Shown one piece after another: positions 38,753 through 52,016 of a stretch of DNA of 64,000 bases. Numbering within the stretch: position 1 is the first letter of the stretch; each line of letters begins with the position of its first letter. The notes beneath the pieces were generated by a model. That model made no database searches, had not been told where the DNA came from, and saw nothing but the letters and a program-made list of their open reading frames with translations. The position numbers and the translations under genes were made by a program. The DNA is from Nitrospinota bacterium (GTDB lineage: Bacteria; UBA8248): positions 1 through 64,000 of the forward strand of contig JASLZZ010000034.1 in the NCBI GenBank assembly GCA_030754595.1, given 5' to 3'.

Positions 38753-40144
38753 TTATTTGCTGTTTTTTCGGTGCACCCAATAAACGTAATGATCCCAGCC
38801 TTCCTCGAGAATCAGCCGCTCCTGCCCAGGCGGCAAAAACCATGATTTTTTTGGTAATCCCTTTGAAACTTCTCTAAAATTCGAGGCAGCGCTTCCCCTC
38901 CCCCCCAGGAGGCCGAGCCTTCTCATGGTGATTTCGACGGACTTTTTACCGTCAAAATCCTTCCATGAGGAAACAAAGTAGACCCGGTAGGTCCTGCCTG
39001 CGGGAAGAAGCCTCGCGGAGAAATGGGAAACCTTTTCGGGGACCACCAATGCAGGCTTACCCGGCCCATTTCCGGAGGAGAATACTTCCTCGGTCTCCCC
39101 GCGGTTGTCTACCGCAAATCCATAGATATATCTGGGAGCGGGTACACCGATGCGGCCCACTAGCAAATCTTTCGACCCTACCACCTCACCGCCAATCAAC
39201 TGGGTCCGCCGCCCCTCGAGGTCGATCTGCTCCATGGCCACCTCGAAAGCCAAATCCGCCCATCCACCGGGGTACCTCGGATGGATGTGAGGCCGGGGAG
39301 AGAGCCAGACAGAGAGCCAAGCATCTGGCACATTTTTCCTCGGTTGATTCCCCCTCGCCAACGCCAGATAAGGCCTCGACTTCTCCTCCCGCTCGGGGAG
39401 ACCAAAAAAATGCTCAAAACCCCTTCTAAAATAAATGGTCTCGGGAGGGCTGTTCATCACAACCGCCCCCCAGACGCGGATCCGGTGGGTGCCCAGCGAA
39501 TAGGCGCCAAACACAGCTGCATCCGCCCCGAGCATCGACGCCGCATAAACGGCCGAACTTTCTCCGTAAGCTCCGTTTTTCACTTTCGGCCATAAGCCCC
39601 GAACGGGATGGTCGTCATCCAACTGTTTATTCAAATTTATTCGAATGGACTGGGGCGATTCGCCTTCAGCCTTTCTCAGGGCCACCTCCTCGTCCAGCCG
39701 CCCGAACACACCCGTCCACCCGGTGGTTGGGGTCACGCTGGCTACGGACAGCCCCGTCTCCTGCCAGGAGAGGCCGTCTCCCCCATCGACAATATGAAAA
39801 GTCCCGGATCGCTCCAGCGCCTCCCGAATCGCGCCTTCGATTTTTCGGCTGAATTCCGTTCGGAGTCCGGTCCGCGCTTCGGGAAAAGCGACTACAACAA
39901 TGCGGAGAGGGGTCGCCGAAGCAAGCTTGGAATCCCTGTCCCGAGAATCTGCCAGGTTCGGATTCAGCTTTATCCGGTTTTTTTTAACTTCGCTCTCAAG
40001 GACGGCGACCATTCTCCGGCCGAACGCCGCGAGCGATTTTTCTCCCTCCAAGGCATCGCGCCACGGAACAGGATCATATCCACTACAGGCGGTCAGAGCG
40101 GACAGAAGAACAAACAGAAAGGAATGAAAGATAATCGGTTTCAA
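38753..40144 (-). CDS. Hypothetical lipoprotein
   Basis: Lipobox LTAC; 463-aa ORF starting 5 nt after the kdsA stop. Confidence 0.6.
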   Translation of the reverse strand: MKPIIFHSFLFVLLSALTACSGYDPVPWRDALEGEKSLAAFGRRMVAVLESEVKKNRIKLNPNLADSRDRDSKLASATPLRIVVVAFPEARTGLRTEFSRKIEGAIREALERSGTFHIVDGGDGLSWQETGLSVASVTPTTGWTGVFGRLDEEVALRKAEGESPQSIRINLNKQLDDDHPVRGLWPKVKNGAYGESSAVYAASMLGADAAVFGAYSLGTHRIRVWGAVVMNSPPETIYFRRGFEHFFGLPEREEKSRPYLALARGNQPRKNVPDAWLSVWLSPRPHIHPRYPGGWADLAFEVAMEQIDLEGRRTQLIGGEVVGSKDLLVGRIGVPAPRYIYGFAVDNRGETEEVFSSGNGPGKPALVVPEKVSHFSARLLPAGRTYRVYFVSSWKDFDGKKSVEITMRRLGLLGGRGSAASNFREVSKGLPKKSWFLPPGQERLILEEGWDHYVYWVHRKNSK

Positions 40145-40149
40145 TCGAA

Positions 40150-40977
40150 TTAACTTTCCTCCCCCTTGAGCCGGGCGGCGTCGATGTCCGCCAGAGACTT
40201 CAAAAGGGGAGTCAGGCTGTCGAGCGAAATCATATTAGGCCCATCTGAGAGCGCCTCGTCCGGGTGTGGATGGCACTCGATAAAAAATGCGTCCACACCG
40301 ACACCAGCGGCGGCTCTGGCCAAGGGCCCCACCATCCGGCGATCACCGCCGCTCCTATCGCCTAGGCCGCCGGGGGCCTGGACGCTATGGGTCGCATCAA
40401 AAACAACCGGGCATCCCGTCTCGCGCATCAAGACCAGAGAGCGCATATCGCAAATCAAATTATGATACCCAAATGACGAGCCCCGCTCGGTCAACAATAT
40501 TTGCCGGCATCCCGCCTCACGCAATTTCTCAACCACGTTCCCCATATCCTGGGGAGCGAGGAACTGACCTTTTTTCACATTCACCGGTTTTCCTGTTCGT
40601 CCGGCGGCTTGAAGTAAATCCGTTTGCCTGCATAAAAAAGCCGGTATCTGAAGTGCATCGAGGACTTCCGAAGACGGCCCAGCCTCACCGGGTGAGTGAA
40701 TGTCCGAAAGTACCGGAAGCCCGCTGGCCTCTCGAACCGCGGCCAGTATATCGAGCCCTTTCGAAAGGCCCGGTCCTCGGGGCGATGAAACCGAGCTGCG
40801 GTTGGCTTTGTCGTAGGAGGATTTGAATACGGCCTTCATCCCCGTGGCCTCTGAGGCCTCACGAATGGCGGCGGCGCACTCCAAGGCAAGGGATTCGCTC
40901 TCGAGAACACAAGGCCCGGCGATCAACGCCGGCGGCGAACCCCCACCGATGGGCACACCGCCAATTTCGACAATCAC
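40150..40977 (-). CDS. kdsA: KDO-8-phosphate synthase
   Basis: IAGPCVLES, KSSYDKANRSS, QIPAFLCRQTDL, KKGQF and DATHSVQ; start approximate. Confidence 0.96.
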   Translation of the reverse strand: MIVEIGGVPIGGGSPPALIAGPCVLESESLALECAAAIREASEATGMKAVFKSSYDKANRSSVSSPRGPGLSKGLDILAAVREASGLPVLSDIHSPGEAGPSSEVLDALQIPAFLCRQTDLLQAAGRTGKPVNVKKGQFLAPQDMGNVVEKLREAGCRQILLTERGSSFGYHNLICDMRSLVLMRETGCPVVFDATHSVQAPGGLGDRSGGDRRMVGPLARAAAGVGVDAFFIECHPHPDEALSDGPNMISLDSLTPLLKSLADIDAARLKGEES

Positions 40978-41072
40978 GGACAGAGGTGACAAATCGTGGA
41001 ACCTCCAGCGGCAAAAACGTGGCTCCGGGCCAAACAAGAGTTCCGGAAGAAGAAATTCCCTGCGCCAACCGC

Positions 41073-43507
<2,435 letters not shown>

Positions 43508-43537
43508 CCGGATTCCTCGTCCATAGTAGAGTCTTGT

Positions 43538-44938
43538 TTAGTAGGCATTTTGACTGAAGAACCCCTTCCATACCGTCAGCCACATGATCTTAATGTCCAA
43601 GGTCAGCGACCAGTTCTCGATATAGTACAAATCGTATTCGATTCGCCTATCGATAGAGGTGTCCCCACGCCATCCGTTGACCTGAGCCCAGCCGGTCATG
43701 CCACTTTTCATCTTATGGCGCAACATATAGCCGGGGACCGACTGGCGAAAATTCTCGACGAAAACCGGGCGCTCGGGCCGAGGCCCCACCAGACTCATAT
43801 CTCCTCTCAGGACGTTGAAGAGCTGCGGGAGTTCGTCCAGGCTTGTTTTTCGGAGAAGAACACCAAGTCCGGTTCGCCGGTCATCCTCGGGACTCGCCCA
43901 GACGGCGCCGCTTTCCGTCTCGGCGTCCACCCGCATCGAACGAAATTTATACATCTCGAACCTCACTCCATCGAGGCCCATCCGCTCCTGCGCGTAGAAA
44001 ACCGGCCCCCTGCTGGAGAGTTTAACGAGGACCGCGATCAATGCCATGAGGGGGCTGAAAACCAAGAGCGCCACCAGCCCGCAGGCAATATCCATCATCC
44101 GCTTCACAATCCGGTTCCAGCCCAGGAGAGGAGTCTGCGAAAGGAGAATGACGGGAAGGCCGTTTAACTCCTCGATGCCCGCGTTAAGACTCATTCTTCC
44201 CACCAGATCGGGCACCACCCGAAGGTCCACGCTTGAGTCGGCCAAGGTATCGAGCAGATCGGATTGCTCCTTCTGCCTATCGGCCGGAAGAACCACATAC
44301 ACTTCGTGTATTTCCTCCCGCTCAACAACCCTCCGGACGTCCGGGAGCTTCCCGAGGACGTTCATATCTCCCGCCAACTCTCCGGCTTCCTCTTGATCGG
44401 AGATATGCCCCGCCACCTGAAACCCCAAAAACCGGTAGGCCTCGAGTTGGGACGCCGTTTGCCGGGCAAGAGGCGAAGTGCCCACCACGAGAATCCGCCT
44501 CATATCCACCCCGCGCCGCCTCAGCCGCCTGATGATGGACCAGGTGATGCGCCTGAACAAAAACAATAAAACCGGCCCCATCACCATAAAGAAAACCACC
44601 ATGATCCGGCTGTAACTCGTCTCGCGATAGAAAAACGTCAGGGCGATGATCATCAAAACAGTCCATGCCATCGTCCGGGTAATCCTTCCAATTTCGACCG
44701 TGCTCTTCAGGCCCACACGAAACCAGTAAAGATGCGTCAACCGGGCAGCCATGATCCACGCCAGCCAAACAAACGGGAGGAGAACCAGGTAATCCGAGAC
44801 AGGGGGAAGCCCAAGGGCCACCGGAATGATTTCCAACCGAAAGCGCAGGAGGTAAGAAACGATCCACGAGAGCCCCAAAGCCACCACATCTCCCGCGAAA
44901 AGCAAGGCTACGTTCAATTGGCCGTATCTTCTTATCAT
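43538..44938 (-). CDS. Undecaprenyl-phosphate sugar phosphotransferase (WcaJ/WbaP-like)
   Basis: N-terminal TMs; KFRSM, SLDELPQLFNVLRGDMSLVGPRPE and DLYYIENWS. Confidence 0.93.
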   Translation of the reverse strand: MIRRYGQLNVALLFAGDVVALGLSWIVSYLLRFRLEIIPVALGLPPVSDYLVLLPFVWLAWIMAARLTHLYWFRVGLKSTVEIGRITRTMAWTVLMIIALTFFYRETSYSRIMVVFFMVMGPVLLFLFRRITWSIIRRLRRRGVDMRRILVVGTSPLARQTASQLEAYRFLGFQVAGHISDQEEAGELAGDMNVLGKLPDVRRVVEREEIHEVYVVLPADRQKEQSDLLDTLADSSVDLRVVPDLVGRMSLNAGIEELNGLPVILLSQTPLLGWNRIVKRMMDIACGLVALLVFSPLMALIAVLVKLSSRGPVFYAQERMGLDGVRFEMYKFRSMRVDAETESGAVWASPEDDRRTGLGVLLRKTSLDELPQLFNVLRGDMSLVGPRPERPVFVENFRQSVPGYMLRHKMKSGMTGWAQVNGWRGDTSIDRRIEYDLYYIENWSLTLDIKIMWLTVWKGFFSQNAY

Positions 44939-44947
44939 GACGGTTTC

Positions 44948-46138
44948 CTAAACGCGGGATGTCAGATGCGCTAAGTGAGCAGCCCATCCGGAGGCGAAAC
45001 GCTCCCGAGCGGCATTTTTGAATCGCAGACGACCAAATTTCCCTGCCTGCCGTCTCGCCGCTTCGGGGCGAAAAACGCCTTCCTTTTTCTCAAACTCGAG
45101 AACCGCTTCAACCAACGACTCGGGGGTCGGCTCCCTGAAAAAAAGGCCAGTTGGCTCTCCCGGATTATCATCCCCTTCCCCCCAGGCGGGAAACCCCGGA
45201 GGAGGAGCGAATTTATCGCGGTTCGCCGCCACCACGGTTTCAAGCGCCCCGCCCTCTCCCAGGGCAATGACAGGCCTTCCCGAGGCCTGCGCCTCAAGCG
45301 AGGTAATTCCGAAGTCCTCGACCCCGGGAAAAATAAACGCCCGGCAGCCGGCATAGAGCTCGGCGAGGGTTGAATCGTCCTGCCACCCGAGAAACTCCAC
45401 ATTGGACTTTCCAATCCCCCGTACCCTCTCGAAATCCTGACCGTGCCCCACCACCTTAAGAGGACGCCCCAGGCGATTGAACGCCTCAACAGCCACATCA
45501 ACCCTCTTGTAGGGAGCAAAAGCCGAGACCACGAGGTAGTATTCCCCCGCCCTGGAACCGGGGCAAAATCGGTCCGTGTCGACCGGCGGGTAAAGTATGT
45601 CCGCCTCCCGGCCGTAGTGGCAGCGGATGCGGTTGGCTACCGTGTGGCTGATCGCCACGAATTCATTCACGCCGCTGTTGGACTCCCGGTCCCACCCGCG
45701 AAGGTAGGCCATCGCCCAGGGGAGGACCCACTTGAGGGGCCTTCCCACCCGGCCACCGCTGAAATACTCATCGTAGGCCGACCATGCATACCTCATCGGG
45801 GTATAGCAGTAACATAGATGAAAGGCGTCCTCCCTGCCCCGGGCGCCCTTCGCCACACAATGGCTGCTCGAGAGGATGAAATCGTATCCCGAAAGGTCAA
45901 ACATCCGGATGGCCGAGGGCATTAGCGGAAGAAAATACCGGTATTTCTTCTCGACGCCCGGCATATGCTGAATCGGGCTGGTATGAATGGGGTGGTTTTC
46001 AATTATCTTCGAGACCGAATCCGGCACATGAAGGAGGGTAAAAATGTCAGCCTCAGGATATATCTCGCAAAACACCTCGAGGCACTTCTCCCCCCCGCGC
46101 ATCCCCGTCAGCCAGTCGTGAACTATTGCAATCCGCAT
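44948..46138 (-). CDS. GT4 glycosyltransferase
   Basis: HDWLTGMRGGEK, YCYTPMRY and EDFGITSLEAQASG. Confidence 0.9.
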   Translation of the reverse strand: MRIAIVHDWLTGMRGGEKCLEVFCEIYPEADIFTLLHVPDSVSKIIENHPIHTSPIQHMPGVEKKYRYFLPLMPSAIRMFDLSGYDFILSSSHCVAKGARGREDAFHLCYCYTPMRYAWSAYDEYFSGGRVGRPLKWVLPWAMAYLRGWDRESNSGVNEFVAISHTVANRIRCHYGREADILYPPVDTDRFCPGSRAGEYYLVVSAFAPYKRVDVAVEAFNRLGRPLKVVGHGQDFERVRGIGKSNVEFLGWQDDSTLAELYAGCRAFIFPGVEDFGITSLEAQASGRPVIALGEGGALETVVAANRDKFAPPPGFPAWGEGDDNPGEPTGLFFREPTPESLVEAVLEFEKKEGVFRPEAARRQAGKFGRLRFKNAARERFASGWAAHLAHLTSRV

Positions 46139-46953
46139 TAATTTTTTCCCGCCCCGGGAGGCGTAATCGGCATTCCCTCTCCCGCCTGCGGCCCGCCCTT
46201 TCGCATGACAATGACGGCATACCTGCAGTAGCGCTGAAGCCAGGGGAACACCCGGAGAAGTATCCTGTCGATCACCTCAAGCAAATCGATTAGCACCTTC
46301 CACCTGAACAGGCGGCGAATCATCGAGAAAAGCTGATACCCCCGCATCTCAATCCAGGGGAAATTCTTTCTGAGAGTTTCGATATCCTTTTGGCGAATGG
46401 GCTCCTCGTCCTCCGTTCGGTCCTTTCCCCGGTAGGGGATTCTTTTCCGGACAAATTCGAGAATCGGGTTCCCCCCCCAGGGCTCGCTGAAAACAGCGAT
46501 GCCGCCGGGCCGGAGCACACGCGCCATTTCCTTTCCCGCTAGTTCCAAATCGACATGATGAAGAACCGCATTTCCGTAAATGGCGTCGAACGATTCGTCC
46601 CGGTACCCGAGAGACTCGCCGGCCATCTCCTGAAGATGAACGCGTCCGCCCACCCCGTTCGCGTACGCGCGGCGGGCCGAGAGGACTGCATTGCCAAAAG
46701 CGATATCAAACGCAAAAACATCCCCCTTGAGACGGGCCAGAACCGTGGCGCTCATTCCGTCCCCCGTCCCATAGTCGAGCACCCGTTTTCCCTGGAGATC
46801 GCCTAAAAGCTCGAAAGTGTCCCGGACCCAGCTCTCATGGTCTACGTATACCGAATCCTCGAAGTAAAGCGTCTCATCGGCAAGCGCCTCTCCACGAAGG
46901 GAGCTTCTCTTCTCATAGAAATCCCGTTCCCGGTGAAGACGGTCGTTGCTCAC
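46138..46953 (-). CDS. Class I SAM-dependent methyltransferase
   Basis: VLDYGTGDG, FDAIYGNAVLHH and RVLRPGG; GTG start overlapping the upstream stop. Confidence 0.85.
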   Translation of the reverse strand: MSNDRLHRERDFYEKRSSLRGEALADETLYFEDSVYVDHESWVRDTFELLGDLQGKRVLDYGTGDGMSATVLARLKGDVFAFDIAFGNAVLSARRAYANGVGGRVHLQEMAGESLGYRDESFDAIYGNAVLHHVDLELAGKEMARVLRPGGIAVFSEPWGGNPILEFVRKRIPYRGKDRTEDEEPIRQKDIETLRKNFPWIEMRGYQLFSMIRRLFRWKVLIDLLEVIDRILLRVFPWLQRYCRYAVIVMRKGGPQAGEGMPITPPGAGKN

Positions 46954-48071
46954 GTCCCGCCCCCCGAAGCGGCGGCATTGTTGCGGTTTTCCGGCAAGGC
47001 ATCCCGGTAGGCTTTCAGGGTTTCCTCGGCCAAAGCGCGCCAGGAGAATTTTCGCGCCTGCTTCCGGGCCTTCAAGGATAGACTGGCACGAAGCGAATCG
47101 TCCTCGAGCAGGCGGACCATGGCCTCCCGAAGCGGCTCCACACACCCTTCGGGGACGACGATCCCCGCCTCTCCCACCACTTCGGGCAAAGATGCTACAT
47201 CGGAGACAATCGCCGGAGTTCCGCAACCCATCGCCTCCAGCGGCGGGTAGCCGAACCCCTCATAGCTTGAGGGGAAAACAAGGGCCCTCGCGGCGGCGTA
47301 AATGCCCTCAAGAGCTTCGTGCGGGACATCTCCAAGAAACTCCACCTCGCCGCCGAGACCGCGCCGGGCCATCTCATCCTTCAATCCGTCCCCACTGCCC
47401 GTCAGCAGAAGCCGCACCCCGCTCATCCGGCGGCGGACCCCCGCGAACGCCTCGAGGAGCAGCGGGATATTCTTGTGTTTTTTATGATTGCCAACATAAA
47501 GAAAAAAAGGGTCCCCCGCCTTCAATCCGGGGAACGATTCTCTTTGTCCTTCCTCTCCCCAACCCGGAGGAAGCGCGTTATAGGTAAGACGAACCTTGTC
47601 GGGAGCCACCCCCAGATGTTTTATGATGTCGCGCCGTGAATGCTCCGATACCGTCAGGATAATCCGGGCACGGCCGGCGGTCCGCTTCGCCAGGAGCCGC
47701 GATACCCGCCAAGCCAATTTGGAAGGACACTGCTCGGGAAAAAGCTGGTGAATCAAATCGTGAATCGTCGCTACCATCGGAGTGCGCCCGAACATAGGAG
47801 CGGCGTAGTGAGGATGATGAACGAGATCGAGATTTTGAGCCTCCACCAACCGCGCAAGTCCCACCTGCTCGGAAAGTGAATATGGCCGCACTCTCGAAAA
47901 AATCAAAGAAAAATTCTCGCCCGGCGGATGAAACCGCTCCCGATCGCCGTCATGTATAATAACGACGTATTCATGGTCTTCGCCCAGGCGGCGCAGACCT
48001 TCAATCAAATTTCTCAAGTAGGTACCGATACCACTCATGAAAATCATGCGGGCATCAATGCCTATCCGCAT
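46950..48071 (-). CDS. GT4 glycosyltransferase
   Basis: IGIDAR, TIHDL, HKN and EGFGYPPLEAMGCG. Confidence 0.9.
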   Translation of the reverse strand: MRIGIDARMIFMSGIGTYLRNLIEGLRRLGEDHEYVVIIHDGDRERFHPPGENFSLIFSRVRPYSLSEQVGLARLVEAQNLDLVHHPHYAAPMFGRTPMVATIHDLIHQLFPEQCPSKLAWRVSRLLAKRTAGRARIILTVSEHSRRDIIKHLGVAPDKVRLTYNALPPGWGEEGQRESFPGLKAGDPFFLYVGNHKKHKNIPLLLEAFAGVRRRMSGVRLLLTGSGDGLKDEMARRGLGGEVEFLGDVPHEALEGIYAAARALVFPSSYEGFGYPPLEAMGCGTPAIVSDVASLPEVVGEAGIVVPEGCVEPLREAMVRLLEDDSLRASLSLKARKQARKFSWRALAEETLKAYRDALPENRNNAAASGGGT

Positions 48072-49405
48072 CTCCGCACCGCCTGATAAACCGCATCGAT
48101 ATCGAGTTCAGCCATGCAAGAAAGGTGGTCGCATTGGGTCAATCCGCAACCCTCGCACTCTATCCGCTTGCGGACGATGACGACCGATGGCCCCCGGGGG
48201 CCCCATTCAGCCGGGTCGTTCGTTCCACTGAAAACGCTGACCACTGGAACCTGAAGCGCCGCGGCGATATGGCCGGGTCCGGAATCGTTTCCGACGAAAA
48301 GGGCGCACTGCTTGGCCACCATCATGAACGTGCGCAAATCGGGTAGCTTTCCGCAAAGATCGAAAACACGGCCCTCTATCCGGCTTCCCTTCAAAGAAAT
48401 TAGGACATCGTCCGTAATGGCCCGATCTTCGGGGCCGCCGAGCAACACCACTTGGGAGGGCCGGCCCGCGATGATGCGCCTAATCAATTCGGCATATTTA
48501 TCGACTCCCCACAACTTGGTCGGCTGCCCGGCGCCAACATGCATACCGATTAATATTTTGGATCCGTCCACCCCCTGGGCTCGAAGAATAGACTTCCCCT
48601 GTCCCTCCTCCTCCTTGCTCGGGATCAACTCGGGACTGGTGGTTTCCCGCGGTTCGAAACCCGCCGATTCGACATGCGCCAGATTCATCTCGACCTGGTG
48701 GCGGCCGCCGGCTCCGTCCACCTCCACATCGAGGAGGCTCCCAAGCCCTGTATGTCCCTTTCCCACCAGGTAGCGCGCGCCGGCAAGCCGGGAAGCCAGA
48801 ATTAATTGAAAATCCCCGCGGAGATCGATGGCCAGATCGTACCGGCCGCCCAGATCGCGCCGCCGTTTTCGCAGCAGCCGAGTCAAACCCAAAGTCGCCC
48901 TCAGGCCAAATCGGATTTTCTTGGGCCTTTGAAGCCAAGGAGCGGAAAATTCCAAAGGCGCGAAACCCCACCACTCCTTCCAGTTGTTTGGAATCAATTG
49001 ACGCGCCAAGGGAGAAACAAGTACGTCGATTCGAGCATCCGGAAGCTCGTCCCTCAAGGCTTTAAGGGCGGGTAGCGAGAACAGGAAATCGCCCAAATGA
49101 TCGGGGCGCATCACCAGAACGCGCTCTATGGTTTTGGGACGCTCTCGTATTTTGCCGAAAAGCCGGCCGCACACGCTGTCCAGCAGCCGGAATAGCCTCA
49201 CCGTCCAGGGATTGCGATAGGCATACCGGCGCGGGCGAGGTTCATGCTGAAAAGAGTTCCCCCCCCGGGGACCTTCCGGCGGCTTAATTCGCCCGAGTTC
49301 AGGATCCAGTACGGGCAAGGGTATCCCTGGCAACTCGGAATTTCCGATTACGCCTGATGGAGAATCGGACAAAGGGTTGGATGATTTTCGAACCGCTCCT
49401 TTCAT
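48062..49405 (-). CDS. GT9 heptosyltransferase-family protein
   Basis: RPDHLGDFL, GNDSGPGHIAAAL and WGP. Confidence 0.88.
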   Translation of the reverse strand: MKGAVRKSSNPLSDSPSGVIGNSELPGIPLPVLDPELGRIKPPEGPRGGNSFQHEPRPRRYAYRNPWTVRLFRLLDSVCGRLFGKIRERPKTIERVLVMRPDHLGDFLFSLPALKALRDELPDARIDVLVSPLARQLIPNNWKEWWGFAPLEFSAPWLQRPKKIRFGLRATLGLTRLLRKRRRDLGGRYDLAIDLRGDFQLILASRLAGARYLVGKGHTGLGSLLDVEVDGAGGRHQVEMNLAHVESAGFEPRETTSPELIPSKEEEGQGKSILRAQGVDGSKILIGMHVGAGQPTKLWGVDKYAELIRRIIAGRPSQVVLLGGPEDRAITDDVLISLKGSRIEGRVFDLCGKLPDLRTFMMVAKQCALFVGNDSGPGHIAAALQVPVVSVFSGTNDPAEWGPRGPSVVIVRKRIECEGCGLTQCDHLSCMAELDIDAVYQAVRRCG

Positions 49406-49413
49406 GATCAGAT

Positions 49414-50868
49414 TTACTCGCCTCTCGGATGGCGGAATTTCGACACGAACAGCGATTGTACCGCAGCTACCCCCTCGGGGGTGAGCCCCCGGCCCTTATA
49501 GACAAGCGTAGCGTACAAAACCAGCGCGATAAACAGGTTTGCCCCCAGCGGGGCCGGGACCCAAGCGAGCACCGCCGCCGACGCGGCGGCCGCGCCGGCG
49601 GCGCGGAGGGCAGCTCCTCCCGAGGGCAGGCCCACCTCGGGCCTAAGCACCGCCAGCCCCGCCGCCAGCATGAATCCCTCCGCGATAAGGGTGGCCCAGC
49701 TTGCCCCCAGGAAATCGAACGAGGGGATGAGCGCCGCGTTCAAGACGATGTTCAACAACGCCAAAGCACCGGCATAAACCGTGAAAAGGCCCGCCCTGCC
49801 CACCGCCACTCCCGTCGTCGTCATTACATAGAGAACGAAGCTCAAAACCGTCGCCACCCCCAAGACGCTTAGCGCATCCGCCGCCGGGGCGAATTTGGGG
49901 CCGTAAACCGCGCCAATGATCTCTCTCGAAAAAATCAGCCCGCCAATCAGGATCGGCAGGCCCGCCGCTACCGCCAGGGAGGCCGCACCCCGGTACATTT
50001 TACGCACCATCTCGCCGTCACCTTCTTCGAAAGCCCTGGATATCATCGGAAGGAGCGATACCGTTATCGCTATGGGCACAATGGCCAGCGACCCCGTCAG
50101 CTTGTAAGCGGCGGAATACATGCCGACGGATGATTCGCCCGACAACCACTCCAGCATTAAAAGATCGGATCGCGTGTAGGCGATGAGAAAGATATTGGCG
50201 GCTCCGATGGGTATCGCCATTCGAAGGAGCCCGAGCCAGTGGCGGGGATCGAACCGAATAACGGGCCGGGCCTCGCGAAAGAAATGCAGCCCAAGCCACA
50301 ATCCGCCGGGAAGAAGCACCCCCAGCTGTACACCGATGAGCGCCGGAAGGGGCCATCTCGCCAAAGCGGCGGCGATGAGGCAGGCCGCGGAGGCCAACTC
50401 GGTCATGACCCCAATTCTGATGGGCACGGCCATCCGCAAACCGGCCTCGAACGGAGCGTCGAGAATCGTTCGAAGGGATGTCACCCTGAAAGAGACGAAC
50501 AATAATAACGAGGCAGCGAGCGCCGACCAGAGGGACTCGCCCGCGGGAATTATCCAGATGGCGATGAGGCAGGCCGCGGCCCAGCAGCTGGCGGCCATGA
50601 CCGCCTTGAGAACCAGGGCGCTACCCAAAAGCCGGGGCGCCGAATCACGATCGCGGGCTATCTCACGGACCAAAACCGTCTGAAGGCCCACATCCGTGAA
50701 TATCGCGAACACCTCCGCGAAAGCGAACACGAACGAATAGACGCCGAACCCGCGCACCCCGAGAATCCGGGCCAGCACAACAACAACCACGATCCGAATC
50801 AAACGCTCCGCGCCGCGCCCGATAAAAACCCAGCCGGAATTTCTGGCGGCCTGCTCCATGCGGTTCAT
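49414..50868 (-). CDS. Wzx-like polysaccharide flippase
   Basis: ARILGVRGFG, DVGL and VGMYSAAYKL; many TM helices. Confidence 0.87.
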   Translation of the reverse strand: MNRMEQAARNSGWVFIGRGAERLIRIVVVVVLARILGVRGFGVYSFVFAFAEVFAIFTDVGLQTVLVREIARDRDSAPRLLGSALVLKAVMAASCWAAACLIAIWIIPAGESLWSALAASLLLFVSFRVTSLRTILDAPFEAGLRMAVPIRIGVMTELASAACLIAAALARWPLPALIGVQLGVLLPGGLWLGLHFFREARPVIRFDPRHWLGLLRMAIPIGAANIFLIAYTRSDLLMLEWLSGESSVGMYSAAYKLTGSLAIVPIAITVSLLPMISRAFEEGDGEMVRKMYRGAASLAVAAGLPILIGGLIFSREIIGAVYGPKFAPAADALSVLGVATVLSFVLYVMTTTGVAVGRAGLFTVYAGALALLNIVLNAALIPSFDFLGASWATLIAEGFMLAAGLAVLRPEVGLPSGGAALRAAGAAAASAAVLAWVPAPLGANLFIALVLYATLVYKGRGLTPEGVAAVQSLFVSKFRHPRGE

Positions 50869-52010
50869 GGAGCCGCCCGCCCTGCGCCCGCACTTTTCGC
50901 GGCGAATGCGCGCTCATAGACGGCATGCGTCTTTTCGGCGATTACCTCCCAGCCAAATTCGGTCCTGGCCCTTTCTCTCGCGGAAATCGAAATCCGCCGG
51001 CGCAGTTCCGGATTCTCCTGAAGCTCCGCGAGAATATTCGCGAGCGAAAGGGAATCGTTTTCGGGGAAAACAAACCCCTCCTTTCCGATGACGTTCGGAA
51101 TTTCACCCGATGTGGAGCCCACCGGGACCACCCCGGAACTCATCGCCTCGATAAGCACATGGCCAAACTGCTCCTTCCACCGCTCGACGCTCCGGGTCGG
51201 CAGGACCAGGACATCCATCTTTCTCAGCAGCCCGGGAATTTCAAAATGATCCACCCATCCCGGGAATTCGATTCGCCCGGAAAGGTTCAGCGACCGGGCA
51301 AGGGCCTCCATCTCGGCTCGCCTTGGACCATCTCCCACGATAATTGCTCTCCAATTTCCCTTTAAATCCACCAGGGCTCGGATGAGGGTGTCGATCCCTT
51401 TTTCATGGACGTGGCGGCCGATAAACCCAACCGTGAATTCATCGGAACGATCACCCTCCTCGGGCGGATGAAACAGGTCCGCATCAAGGCCGAACTGGGG
51501 GATCACGGTGATTCTCCCGGGAGAAGCGCCCCGGAGGAGGAGACGGTCCCGGACAGTCTCCCCACCCGCGATTATCTCCTCCGCCACGGCAAGGGATTTT
51601 CGTTCAATGCACCGGCGGAAAAACGGAAGATCCAAATCCATATTCTCAAAGGAAAACAAAACCAGTCTCGGCCGCGGCCGATACCACGGCAAAAGGGCGA
51701 GGAGTTGAGCTGCCGCGAGGCTCCACGGCTCTTCCTCGAGATGGATGATATCGGGGCGCGCGCTCTTTATGGCCTGCATCAGGCCACTTCGGTAGACATG
51801 CCCCGTAACCCGGCCCGGAAATAATACGGCCCCCGCATAAAGCGGAAATCCTTCACCGTCCCTCGGATCGGTGGTGAGAGTGCGCTCCCTTTCCTTCCAG
51901 AGGCGAGGGACCAAAAGGGATATTTCCAGACCCGGCCGGCGGGTGAGCGCTTTCAGCTTGCCGCGATTTATCGGCTCCGCGCAGGCATGGGAAACCATCA
52001 AAACCCGCAT
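50865..52010 (-). CDS. GT4 glycosyltransferase
   Basis: EEEPWS, GRHVHEKG and EQFGHVLIEAM. Confidence 0.9.
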   Translation of the reverse strand: MRVLMVSHACAEPINRGKLKALTRRPGLEISLLVPRLWKERERTLTTDPRDGEGFPLYAGAVLFPGRVTGHVYRSGLMQAIKSARPDIIHLEEEPWSLAAAQLLALLPWYRPRPRLVLFSFENMDLDLPFFRRCIERKSLAVAEEIIAGGETVRDRLLLRGASPGRITVIPQFGLDADLFHPPEEGDRSDEFTVGFIGRHVHEKGIDTLIRALVDLKGNWRAIIVGDGPRRAEMEALARSLNLSGRIEFPGWVDHFEIPGLLRKMDVLVLPTRSVERWKEQFGHVLIEAMSSGVVPVGSTSGEIPNVIGKEGFVFPENDSLSLANILAELQENPELRRRISISARERARTEFGWEVIAEKTHAVYERAFAAKSAGAGRAAP

Positions 52011-52016
52011 GAGCGA

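Noticed and set aside
46954..47226. N-terminal extension of the methyltransferase (similarly nfeD to 30850, GT to 53366, ruvA to 23045)
   Set aside because: The extensions overlap neighbouring genes or lack an RBS; downstream starts show coupling or RBSs.
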